Positions 1 through 7,861 of a DNA stretch of 64,000 nt are shown here, piece by piece (within the stretch, counting starts at the first letter, position 1; every line of letters starts with the position of its first letter). A program made the position numbers and the translations under genes. Source of the DNA: an uncultured Candidatus Saccharibacteria bacterium (lineage in GTDB: Bacteria > Patescibacteriota > Minisyncoccia > Phycocordibacterales > UBA9988); contig CAYNXC010000001.1 of NCBI GenBank assembly GCA_964401135.1, forward strand, positions 2,627 to 66,626. The letters run 5' to 3'. The notes beneath the pieces are model-generated. The model had not been told where the DNA came from. It did not search any database and saw only the letters and a list, made by a program, of their open reading frames with translations.

Positions 1-54
1 CCACTAGCTATGTAAAGTAGAGTAAAGTATAATAATTAAGTAAAAATAATCACT

Positions 55-234
55 ATGAACAAAGAGAAACCTTTTTACAAAGCGGAAGAATTGGCTGAAA
101 TGTTGCAGGTAAACATTATGACTATTTACCGCTATATCAACGCTAAAAAGATAAAAGCATACAAACTCGGTCGTGAGTATCGGATTGATAAAACCGAATT
201 TACTGCTTTTCTTGAAAAGATAAAAACAAAATGA
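55..234 (+). CDS. Small HTH_17 (excisionase/MerR-like) DNA-binding protein, 59 aa; candidate excisionase/RDF or controller protein
   Basis: Own translation MNKEKPFYKAEELAEMLQVNIMTIYRYINAKKIKAYKLGREYRIDKTEFTAFLEKIKTK, the classic excisionase-family HTH pattern. Its stop TGA overlaps the MTase ATG (ATGA). Absent from the ORF track because it is under 60 aa. Confidence 0.55.
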   Translation: MNKEKPFYKAEELAEMLQVNIMTIYRYINAKKIKAYKLGREYRIDKTEFTAFLEKIKTK

Positions 235-1088
235 AAACTTTTAGCAATAACAATCATAAAATTCTATGGGCAGACTGTATTGACGCCCTTCAGTCCATTG
301 AAGATGGTTCTGTTGATTTGATATTTGCTGACCCTCCTTACAATATTGGAAAAAACTTTAATGGACGAAAAGATAAATACGGACATAACGAATATCTTGA
401 ATGGGCATACAAATGGCTCGCTCTATGTGTTACGAAACTGAAAAAAAATGGAAGTCTATACGTGATGACATCCACTCAATATATGCCATATTTTGACATA
501 TTTCTTAGGGATAAAATGCACATTCTAGGACGTCTTGTCTGGTCCTATGACAGCTCAGGTGTTCAAGCTAAAAACTATTATGGCTCAATGTATGAACCAA
601 TCCTTTATGCCGTAAAAGATAAGGATGACTACACGTTTAACGCTGACGAAATTCTTGTTGAGGCAAAGACAGGGGCAAAGAGGAAGTTAATTGATTACAG
701 AAAAAAAGTTCCGACGGTCTATAACTCTAAAAAAGTCCCTGGTAACGTATGGCAATTCTCTCGTGTCAGGTACCGAATGGAAGAGTACGAAAATCACCCG
801 ACACAAAAGCCAGTTGCATTACTAGATAGAATTATAAGAGCAAGTTCAAACAAAGGTGATACTATTCTTGACCCATTTTCTGGAACATTTACTACCTCTT
901 ACGTGGCAAAAAGTCTTGATAGAAAATCAATCGGAATAGAGATTGAAGAAGAGTATGTCAAAATTGGTTTAAGAAGATTAGAGATTTCAGACACTTACAA
1001 TGGTAAAAAACTGAAGCGTCAACCAAAAATTTATGAAGTTGAAAATGAGAACACTGTAAGTTTATTTACAAACCAAACTAACCAATAA
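231..1088 (+). CDS. DNA methyltransferase, beta-class (N6-adenine or N4-cytosine), DPPY motif before FxGxG motif
   Basis: FADPPYNIG (motif IV) precedes DPFSGTFTT (motif I), a beta-group amino-MTase permutation. Length 285 aa. Confidence 0.8.
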   Translation: MKTFSNNNHKILWADCIDALQSIEDGSVDLIFADPPYNIGKNFNGRKDKYGHNEYLEWAYKWLALCVTKLKKNGSLYVMTSTQYMPYFDIFLRDKMHILGRLVWSYDSSGVQAKNYYGSMYEPILYAVKDKDDYTFNADEILVEAKTGAKRKLIDYRKKVPTVYNSKKVPGNVWQFSRVRYRMEEYENHPTQKPVALLDRIIRASSNKGDTILDPFSGTFTTSYVAKSLDRKSIGIEIEEEYVKIGLRRLEISDTYNGKKLKRQPKIYEVENENTVSLFTNQTNQ

Positions 1089-1090
1089 AT

Positions 1091-2224
1091 ATGACATCAA
1101 AACATCCATTCACAGAAATAATAAACGAAATTCTACAGTCTCTCTTTCAAGAGGCATCCATAGGTATTTATGAAAAAAGTACTCTTTTGCAATATATAAA
1201 TATTAAGACCAAATCAGCAAATAAGGGTTCAAAGTCTAGAGGAAGTTTTGCGAACCTGTATGCAATCTATGTACTTGCGGAAGATTACATACAAAAGGGC
1301 TTTGTTGAAAAAGGTGGATATTCAAAATATGAAGGAGCTATATTTTCAGACTTACTCAAAAGACAGAGAGAGTTACCGTTCGGTAGAAAACTTCAGAACC
1401 ACGCCCTTAATCACAGAATGAATGAGGAATACAAAAAGTATTTTCCAACAAGTGAATATACTCCTATCTTAAGAAGTCCAGAAACAAATCGTTACTGGCT
1501 TAATGAAAATTTATTGAAGGTTAAGGTTGGTAAAAAAGAATACAATCTTTCAGAAGCAATTATTAAAATTGTAGATGCGTACGTACAGGCTAAAACTCAA
1601 GCACTTGAAAAGTTTATAAATGACTGTAAAGAGCTTGAAAATATCTCAAGGAAAAATCCTGAAGCCGTTGAAAACTTTATATTCAATCTACTTGAACCTA
1701 ATGTAGATGCACGACTATTTGAAATAGTCAGCTATGCAGTATTGAAGTCATTTTATTCTGAGCAAAAAGTATATTTCGGATATTCAAAAGATGCGATTGA
1801 GGAAGAGGCATTGTTGCTTTATAAAACAGGGCGTACAAACGCAAACGACGGCGGTATTGACTATGTGATGCGACCTGTCGGCAGGTTCTTTCAGGTTACT
1901 GAAACTCTAGATGTCAAAAAGTACTTTCTAGACATTGATAAGATTGAAAAGTTTCCAATAACTTTCGTTATTAAGTCTGAAGAAGATGATAAAGAGTTAT
2001 CAAAGCGTTTAAGAAAAGGTGCCGAAGAGCAATATGGGGTTGAAAGAGTAGTAGAAAGTTATATGAACTGTATTGAAGAAATTATCAATATTCCTGAATT
2101 AAAGAACCGATTTAGAGAAACAATTCAAAAGAATAAGCTAAAAGATATTCTTTCTGAGATAATTAAGCAAAGTGAAGTTGAGTTCAACTATGAAGAGGAA
2201 GATGACGACGAGGAAGTAAATTAA
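1091..2224 (+). CDS. Unidentified 377-aa partner of the MTase; putative Type II restriction endonuclease (possible PD-DxK: GGIDYVM...LDVKK) with acidic C-terminal tail
   Basis: 3 nt downstream of the MTase and 4 nt upstream of the recombinase. No recognisable family. The D...DxK spacing is only suggestive. Tail EEEDDDEEVN. Confidence 0.35.
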   Translation: MTSKHPFTEIINEILQSLFQEASIGIYEKSTLLQYINIKTKSANKGSKSRGSFANLYAIYVLAEDYIQKGFVEKGGYSKYEGAIFSDLLKRQRELPFGRKLQNHALNHRMNEEYKKYFPTSEYTPILRSPETNRYWLNENLLKVKVGKKEYNLSEAIIKIVDAYVQAKTQALEKFINDCKELENISRKNPEAVENFIFNLLEPNVDARLFEIVSYAVLKSFYSEQKVYFGYSKDAIEEEALLLYKTGRTNANDGGIDYVMRPVGRFFQVTETLDVKKYFLDIDKIEKFPITFVIKSEEDDKELSKRLRKGAEEQYGVERVVESYMNCIEEIINIPELKNRFRETIQKNKLKDILSEIIKQSEVEFNYEEEDDDEEVN

Positions 2225-2228
2225 ATCT

Positions 2229-3743
2229 ATGAAAGCAATAAACGTCTCACGAGTATCAACAGAAGAACAAAAAGAAGCTGGAAACTCGTTGCCCGCTCAG
2301 ATTGAGCGTATAGACAGTTATTGCAAAAAGAAAGGCTTTGATATTGCTAAAGCATTCAGTTTTGACGAAAGTGCTTACAAAGAAAAAAGAGATGAATTTG
2401 ATAAGCTCCTAGAGTTTGTTGAAGAAACCATCAAAAAAGAAAAGATTGCGGTCTGCTTTGATAAAGTGGACCGTCTTTCTAGAAGCGTATTTGATAAACG
2501 TGTAGCACGTCTCTACGAGCTTGCAGTGGCAGACAAAATTGAACTGCACTTTGTATCGGAGGGACAAGTCATAAACAGTCAGATGTCTGCCGTAGAAAAG
2601 TTTCAGTTCGGTATGAGCTTGGGATTGGCAAAGTATTACTCTGATGCAATCGGCGATAACGTAAAGCGAGCTTTTGAACAGAAACGAAGAAATGGCGAAT
2701 GGACAGGAGCCGTTCGCTTGGGTTATTTGAACGTATCTCTAGATGCAGAAAAGAGATTGCGTAAAGATATAATCATTGACCCAGAAAGAGGACATCTTGT
2801 ACAAAAAATGTTTGAAGAATATGCGACTGGCAACTACTCACTTGAAACCATCCGTATCAAGATGACTGAACTCGGACTTAGAACTCTCAAAGGAAATAAG
2901 CTATCAAAAAGTGGAGTTGAAAACATACTTAAAGACAGTTTCTACTGCGGTATTGCCATATCAAAAAAGTACGGCTCTTACGCTCATAAATACCCACGAT
3001 TGGTTTCAAAGGAATTGTTTGATAAGTGCCAAGAGATACGTCTTAAACGCAGAAAACAGCCCTATAAGGCACATTCTAAGGACTTTATATTCAAAGGGCT
3101 TCTCAAGTGCCAAAATTGCGGTTGCACAATATCTTTTGAACACAAAATCAAACCGAGCGGTAAAGAATATGTCATCGGTTCTTGCACGAATGCCAAGGGT
3201 ATTTGCAAAAAGGTATATGTGAACGAAACGGACCTACTCCAGCCCGTGTACGAGGTTTTAGACCGCTTTCAGACGATTACAGACGAGGTCCAGAATGGAT
3301 TGGTAGATGAACTAAGAAAGAATACCGAAGCAGAGGTTGTATTCCATAAAGCACAGATAAACCGTATCCGAACGGATTACGACAATCTCAAGGCAAAAGA
3401 CGACCGCTTGCTTGAAGCATACCTAGACCAGAGTATTACTAAGGATGTTTATGACAAAAAACATCAAGACTATCAGGATAAAATACAGGTCCTTGAAATT
3501 GAACTTTCAGAACACAGAAAAGCAGACTACGATTACCAAACAACCATTGCCACAGTCATTTCAGTAGCACGCAGAGCAAGAAGTATTTTTGATAACAGTT
3601 CTGAACCTGCTGAAAAAAGAGCTTTCTTGAACTACCTACTTCAGAACCCGACCGTAAACGGAAAAAAGCTATATTTTTCAATAGCTTCTCCATTCAATCT
3701 AGTACTAGAACTAGCTGATTGTCCTAACTGGCTCCGCGGCTAG
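2229..3743 (+). CDS. Large serine recombinase (resolvase/invertase N-domain, recombinase domain, zinc ribbon, coiled coil)
   Basis: N-terminal VSRVSTEEQ catalytic Ser motif; Cys-rich CQNCGC...GSCTNAKGICKK zinc ribbon; 504 aa. The last codons WLRG* are encoded by the tRNA acceptor/CCA region. Confidence 0.8.
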   Translation: MKAINVSRVSTEEQKEAGNSLPAQIERIDSYCKKKGFDIAKAFSFDESAYKEKRDEFDKLLEFVEETIKKEKIAVCFDKVDRLSRSVFDKRVARLYELAVADKIELHFVSEGQVINSQMSAVEKFQFGMSLGLAKYYSDAIGDNVKRAFEQKRRNGEWTGAVRLGYLNVSLDAEKRLRKDIIIDPERGHLVQKMFEEYATGNYSLETIRIKMTELGLRTLKGNKLSKSGVENILKDSFYCGIAISKKYGSYAHKYPRLVSKELFDKCQEIRLKRRKQPYKAHSKDFIFKGLLKCQNCGCTISFEHKIKPSGKEYVIGSCTNAKGICKKVYVNETDLLQPVYEVLDRFQTITDEVQNGLVDELRKNTEAEVVFHKAQINRIRTDYDNLKAKDDRLLEAYLDQSITKDVYDKKHQDYQDKIQVLEIELSEHRKADYDYQTTIATVISVARRARSIFDNSSEPAEKRAFLNYLLQNPTVNGKKLYFSIASPFNLVLELADCPNWLRG

Positions 3744-3804
3744 GGCTCGAACCTAGGACATCCTCGTTAACAGCGAGGCGCTCTACCAACTGAGCTACCG
3801 CGGA
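3729..3804 (-). tRNA. tRNA-Asn (anticodon GTT), CCA encoded
   Basis: Reverse complement gives TCCGCGG-TA-GCTC-AGTTGGTA-GAGC-G-CCTCG-CTGTTAA-CGAGG-ATGTC-CTAGG-TTCGAGC-CCTAG-CCGCGGA-G-CCA. It has a perfect 7-bp acceptor, D, anticodon and T arms, and the loop CTGTTAA. Confidence 0.85.
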
Positions 3805-4038
3805 ATATAAGGGAATAGTGGTCTGCGCTATAAGCCACCTCTATAGTAGCAAACCCTACTGCTATTTCAATACATCTATTTTGTCACCCCTTCGTACACA
3901 ATCTTTGAGATACCCTCTATCGTTTTTTCCAACTTACTAAACTCTCCCCCACGAGTCATGATACAAACAAGGTAGGGCTTGGCAGGGGCATACCGCATTG
4001 ATTGCTACATAATACCCAATTGGTAAATAAAAAGATAA

Positions 4039-4075
4039 TTTGACATATGATGCATTTGCATGCTAAATTATATAA
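4039..4075 (+). promoter_or_regulatory. Putative sigma70-type promoter (TTGACA-N18-TAAATT) and GGAGG RBS for the 4123 gene
   Basis: tttgacatatgatgcatttgcatgctaaatt, followed by ggaggaagagtaATG. Confidence 0.35.
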
Positions 4076-4122
4076 GGTAGGCTGATTACAGCCTTGATCT
4101 TTACATAATTGGAGGAAGAGTA

Positions 4123-4791
4123 ATGGGAATAGGAGAGCATTATCTCAGGCCACAGCAACTTATACCAAAGCGGTCCGTTGTCTTACTTATCGGCCCTCCC
4201 CTTGTGGGAAAGGACGAGATGGTAAGACTTCTCTCTACCATCATGACCAAAGATGAAATCAAGGGGACAGTGAGGCATATCTCTGTGGATAAGGTACTCC
4301 GCTGGAGTACCGATCGATGTGTACAGTCATGTAGGGACGAAAATCACACTATCCCAGAGGGACTACTCCTTAGTATCATGGAGGCAGAGATCAATGCTAG
4401 TGTGCAAAATGTGCACCTCACTGTTGTGAATGATTACCCTCGTACACGAGAGCAGGCAGAGTGCCTTCTCGCCCTACTACAGAAGCATAGAATTCTTCGC
4501 CCTGTCTGTGTGCATCTCGCAGGCAACTACGAGCTGCTCTCCAAGCGTCTCACTACACATCTCTTGCACAAGAGAGATACAGTGGCTACCTTTGACAAAG
4601 TTATGTACCGCTGGGGAGAGTATCGGCATTCCTGTGAGACATTGGTCCCCTATCTGCGTCAAGCAACGCAGTTTGTGGAAGTCAATCCGGAGCCACCAGA
4701 TGAAAGAAAGCGAAAGCCAAATTCCATTTTTGCAGAGATATGGACGCTCATTGGCCACCACATCACTGACTTGCGACCTATATCGGCCTGA
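4123..4791 (+). CDS. Adenylate kinase-like (NMP kinase family) protein with degenerate P-loop GPPLVGKD
   Basis: VVLLIGPPLVGKD resembles ILLGAPGAGKGT. HISVDKVLRW resembles ISTGDMLR. VVNDYPRTREQAECL resembles LLDGFPRTxxQAxAL. KRDTVATFDKVMYRWGEY...LVPYL resembles the LID/C-terminal Adk motifs. Confidence 0.55.
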   Translation: MGIGEHYLRPQQLIPKRSVVLLIGPPLVGKDEMVRLLSTIMTKDEIKGTVRHISVDKVLRWSTDRCVQSCRDENHTIPEGLLLSIMEAEINASVQNVHLTVVNDYPRTREQAECLLALLQKHRILRPVCVHLAGNYELLSKRLTTHLLHKRDTVATFDKVMYRWGEYRHSCETLVPYLRQATQFVEVNPEPPDERKRKPNSIFAEIWTLIGHHITDLRPISA

Positions 4792-4815
4792 AGACGGCTC
4801 ATCCATCCCTCCTGT

Positions 4816-4856
4816 AGCCCCCCTCGTGCCTTATGCACTTTGGGGGGCTTTTGCTT
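4816..4856 (+). terminator. Rho-independent terminator after the adk-like gene
   Basis: agcccccc-tcgtgccttatgcactt-ggggggct followed by tttt. Confidence 0.5.
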
Positions 4857-4882
4857 GACTTTTACTTACAATAGTGTATACT
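4855..4882 (+). promoter_or_regulatory. Putative promoter TTGACT-N16-TATACT for the RRM gene
   Basis: ttgacttttacttacaatagtgtatact. Confidence 0.35.
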
Positions 4883-4905
4883 GTCTTGTGTCAGTAGGCT
4901 CTCGG

Positions 4906-4973
4906 GTGAACTATTTTTAGGGGTCATACGAGAAGTGTCGGTCTACTAGTGTAGTAGTTAAAAAATAGTTCAC
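4906..4973 (+). promoter_or_regulatory. 5'UTR inverted repeat (14 bp arms GTGAACTATTTTTA / TAAAAAATAGTTCAC) abutting the start codon of the RRM gene; inner CTACTA-gtg-TAGTAG hairpin
   Basis: Arms at 4906-4919 and 4959-4973. The ATG is at 4974, immediately after the right arm. Confidence 0.4.
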
Positions 4974-5267
4974 ATGGCAAAGAAGTTGTACATCGGTAGC
5001 TTGAGCTACTCCACAACCAATGACAGCCTCAAGGCCGCTTTCGAGCAGGTCGGTGCTGTCTCTTCTGCTTCTGTCATTATGGATAAGATGACCGGCCGCT
5101 CACGCGGATTCGGCTTCGTCGAAATGCCTAATGATGATGAGGCGATGAAGGCAATTGAGTTTTGGAACGGCAAAGAGCTTGATGGCCGCGCACTCGTTGT
5201 TAACGAGGCACGCCCGATGGCAGAGCGCCCTCCCCGACGGGAAGGTGGTTACTCTCGCTCGTTCTAA
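4974..5267 (+). CDS. RRM-type RNA-binding protein (RNP-1 RGFGFVEM, RNP-2 LYIGSL)
   Basis: Canonical RRM motifs; 97 aa with a short RGG-like tail. Confidence 0.85.
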   Translation: MAKKLYIGSLSYSTTNDSLKAAFEQVGAVSSASVIMDKMTGRSRGFGFVEMPNDDEAMKAIEFWNGKELDGRALVVNEARPMAERPPRREGGYSRSF

Positions 5268-5276
5268 AGTAATGAG

Positions 5277-5313
5277 ACAAAAAATCCCCCCGCTACGGCA
5301 GAGGGATTTTTTG
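5277..5313. terminator. Possible bidirectional terminator between convergent RRM gene and eno
   Basis: aaaaaatccc...gggattttttg; weak stem with A-run and T-run flanks. Confidence 0.3.
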
Positions 5314-5315
5314 TA

Positions 5316-6590
5316 TTAGATAATTTTTCCGGCATACGAAGCCGCCTCTCCATAGAGCTCCTCTAAACGGAGTAGTTGATTGTATTTAGACACCCGTTCA
5401 CTGCGTGAGAGCGATCCAGTTTTGATCTGTCCGCATCCACTCCCAACCGCGAGGTCTGCAATGCTTGTATCTTCAGTCTCTCCTGAACGGTGCGAGACGA
5501 TGTTCCGGTATCCATGCGCTTCTGCAAAGATCATTACATCAAGTGCCTCGGTCACCGTCCCTACCTGATTTAATTTAATGAGTACTGCATTTGCCGCTTT
5601 CTCTGTTACTCCTTTCTCAATACGCGGGAGCTTGGTGCAGAAAAGATCATCCCCTACCACCTGTATGCGCGAGCCTAATACTTCTGTTAATGCAGTATGA
5701 GCTCCCCAATCATCTTCCGCAAAACCATCCTCAATAGAGACAATCGGATAATCATCACACCAGAGACGGTAGCGCTCAATCAGCTCATCCGCAGTGAATA
5801 CCCTCCCTTCGCGGACAAAATGATATACACCATCCTTGTACAACTCGCTCGCCGCCACATCAAGTGCGATCCCCATGTGTACACCGGGTTTATAGCCTGC
5901 CTTCGCCATCGCCGCGAGGAGTAGTTCAAATACTTCCTCGCTCGTCGTAAGTGTGGGAGCAAAACCTCCTTCATCACCAACCAGCGTAGAGAGTCCACGC
6001 TCGGCAAGAATCATCTTCAGTGCATGGAATGTTTCTGCGCCATAGCGAAGTGCTTCTTTAAAACTTGACGCACCGTAGGGTACGAGCATCCACTCCTGAA
6101 TATCTGTAGAACCAGCCGCGTGTACACCTCCATTTATTACATTCATGAGTGGCGTGGGGAGTGAGAGTAGACGAGTGAAGGGAACAAGTCCACGGAAGTA
6201 GTCAGCGAGCCGCTTTTTTTCGGCAAGTGCAGAGGCTTTCACAAAGGAGAGCGAGACACCAAGAATCGCGTTTGCGCCCAGTTTCTCTTTATTGGCAGTG
6301 CCATCAAGTGCAATAAGTGCCTCATCTAAAGAGCGTTGTGTCCACTCCTTCCCTACCAGTGTCGAGGCAATAAGAGTTTTGACATTTTCAGTAGCATGTG
6401 TTACACCTTTAGATAGGTAGCGACTGTCCTTATCCCGGAGTTCTAGTGCCTCATGAGACCCCTTAGAGGCTCCGGAGGGCACACTCGCCCGTCCAGAAGA
6501 GCCGTCCTCCAAGATGCAGTCCACCTCAACCGTCGGATAACCGCGAGAATCTAGTATCTCTCGCGCGAAGAGTGTTTGTATCTTAAACAT
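5316..6590 (-). CDS. eno: Enolase
   Basis: 424 aa, SRGYPTVEVD and full enolase signature. Confidence 0.95.
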   Translation of the reverse strand: MFKIQTLFAREILDSRGYPTVEVDCILEDGSSGRASVPSGASKGSHEALELRDKDSRYLSKGVTHATENVKTLIASTLVGKEWTQRSLDEALIALDGTANKEKLGANAILGVSLSFVKASALAEKKRLADYFRGLVPFTRLLSLPTPLMNVINGGVHAAGSTDIQEWMLVPYGASSFKEALRYGAETFHALKMILAERGLSTLVGDEGGFAPTLTTSEEVFELLLAAMAKAGYKPGVHMGIALDVAASELYKDGVYHFVREGRVFTADELIERYRLWCDDYPIVSIEDGFAEDDWGAHTALTEVLGSRIQVVGDDLFCTKLPRIEKGVTEKAANAVLIKLNQVGTVTEALDVMIFAEAHGYRNIVSHRSGETEDTSIADLAVGSGCGQIKTGSLSRSERVSKYNQLLRLEELYGEAASYAGKII

Positions 6591-6637
6591 ACATGTAGGT
6601 ACGCAGAAATTGTAGCATCTTTACATATAATCACAAT

Positions 6638-7861
6638 ATGGCATCAAGCACACTCATCGTATTCTTCGCCGGGTTACCGGCTCTGATAAATTCGCTCCAA
6701 GCGAAAGACTTTATTGATGTAGCAGTTGCAGCTTTCCTCATCTATCTGATCCTAATTTTTATAAAACAGAGTCGCTCGTACTTTGTAGTAAGTGCCTTGG
6801 TACTCCTCGCATCGGTAAACTTTTTAGGGAGTATTTTTAATTTAAGCCTCACACGCCAAATTGTGCAGCCTGTCCTTACCTTCTTCATCGTAATTGTCGT
6901 CATCGTCTTTCAGCGCGAGATACGCCGCTTTTTTGAGTGGTTCTCGTTCACTTCTAGACGCCTCGCACACGAGCGCAAACAAAATGTATCTGAAGGTATC
7001 TCTGTTGTTATTGCTCGCGCACTTTTGGAGATGGCTAAGCGAAACTTTGGTGCAATTATTGTGCTTGAGGGCGAGTACCCATTAGATAATGTTACTGAGG
7101 GCGGCTTCCCATTAGACGGACGGATTTCCATCCCTCTCCTCCTCTCTATCTTTGATCCCACATCTCCTGGGCATGATGGAGCAGTGATTATTGATAATCA
7201 TCGTATCCGCCGCTTTGGTGTACACCTACCACTCGCAGAAAATTTTGACAAGTTCTCTAAGTTTGGCACTCGTCACCGCGCAGCTGTGGGTATTACCGAG
7301 AAAACAGATGCGCTTGCGCTTGTTGTCTCTGAAGAAAAAGGTACGGTCTCATATGCCGATAGTGGCAAGCTGATTACCGTAAGTGAACCAGATAAACTAG
7401 AAAAAATAATTGAAGATTTTCTCAAAGAAGGGATCCATGAGAGTCATGCGCCATGGAAGGATTTACTTGCGCATAACCTGTGGCATAAATTAGGCGCCAT
7501 CTGTCTCTCTATCATACTATGGTTTACCTTTGTATATCAGACCGGCGTCACTACCCAGCAGATAAAAGCAGCCATTGAGTTCCGTTCCCTTCCTAGTACT
7601 CTCGTGATTGAGAATACCGATATTCACGAGGTGAGCCTTACCATCTCTGGTAATTACCGCGATTTCCGTGGCATCACGCCTAATAATATTAAAGTCGTTG
7701 TGGACCTATCGGAGGCACGCGCGGGTACTAGACGCTACAATATCTCGAAAGAGAATATCACCCTCCCGAGCTACTTCACCCTCACGAGCATACAGCCCAA
7801 GAGCGTCCGTGTCATCACCGTCCCAGTGCCGCAAGTAAGAGGCTCTAGGGAATCAAGTTGA
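6638..7861 (+). CDS. cdaA: Diadenylate cyclase CdaA (3 TM + DAC domain) fused to a C-terminal TM + YbbR-like (CdaR-like) domain
   Basis: DAC motifs DGAVIID, RHRAAVGITEKTDALALVVSEEKG. Extra TM LWHKLGAICLSIILWFTFVY, then about 110 aa of beta-rich YbbR-like sequence. 407 aa versus about 270 for plain CdaA. Confidence 0.7.
   Translation: MASSTLIVFFAGLPALINSLQAKDFIDVAVAAFLIYLILIFIKQSRSYFVVSALVLLASVNFLGSIFNLSLTRQIVQPVLTFFIVIVVIVFQREIRRFFEWFSFTSRRLAHERKQNVSEGISVVIARALLEMAKRNFGAIIVLEGEYPLDNVTEGGFPLDGRISIPLLLSIFDPTSPGHDGAVIIDNHRIRRFGVHLPLAENFDKFSKFGTRHRAAVGITEKTDALALVVSEEKGTVSYADSGKLITVSEPDKLEKIIEDFLKEGIHESHAPWKDLLAHNLWHKLGAICLSIILWFTFVYQTGVTTQQIKAAIEFRSLPSTLVIENTDIHEVSLTISGNYRDFRGITPNNIKVVVDLSEARAGTRRYNISKENITLPSYFTLTSIQPKSVRVITVPVPQVRGSRESS

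Larger units (their letters stand above)
1..3743 (+). mobile_element. Partial integrative element (HTH-MTase-partner-serine recombinase) inserted at the 3' end of tRNA-Asn; left boundary outside window
   Basis: Clearly AT-rich (about 35% GC by eye) compared with about 50% GC downstream. Four co-directional genes with 4-5 nt gaps or overlaps. Recombinase terminal codons overlap the tRNA 3' end. Confidence 0.55.

Noticed and set aside
2911-3222. 103-aa ORF inside the serine recombinase gene (other frame)
   Set aside because: Nested in a well-supported coding frame with no independent signals.
3805-4038. 234-bp non-coding stretch between tRNA-Asn and the adk-like promoter as a possible small RNA
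   Set aside because: No conserved RNA motif (SRP, RNase P, tmRNA, 6S), stable structure or terminator is visible. More likely it is the old attB-flanking sequence plus a promoter region.
4430-4858. ORFs 4430..4858 (+) and 4477..4806 (-) overlapping the adk-like gene
   Set aside because: Alternative frames of a gene with clear family motifs; no RBS or start context.
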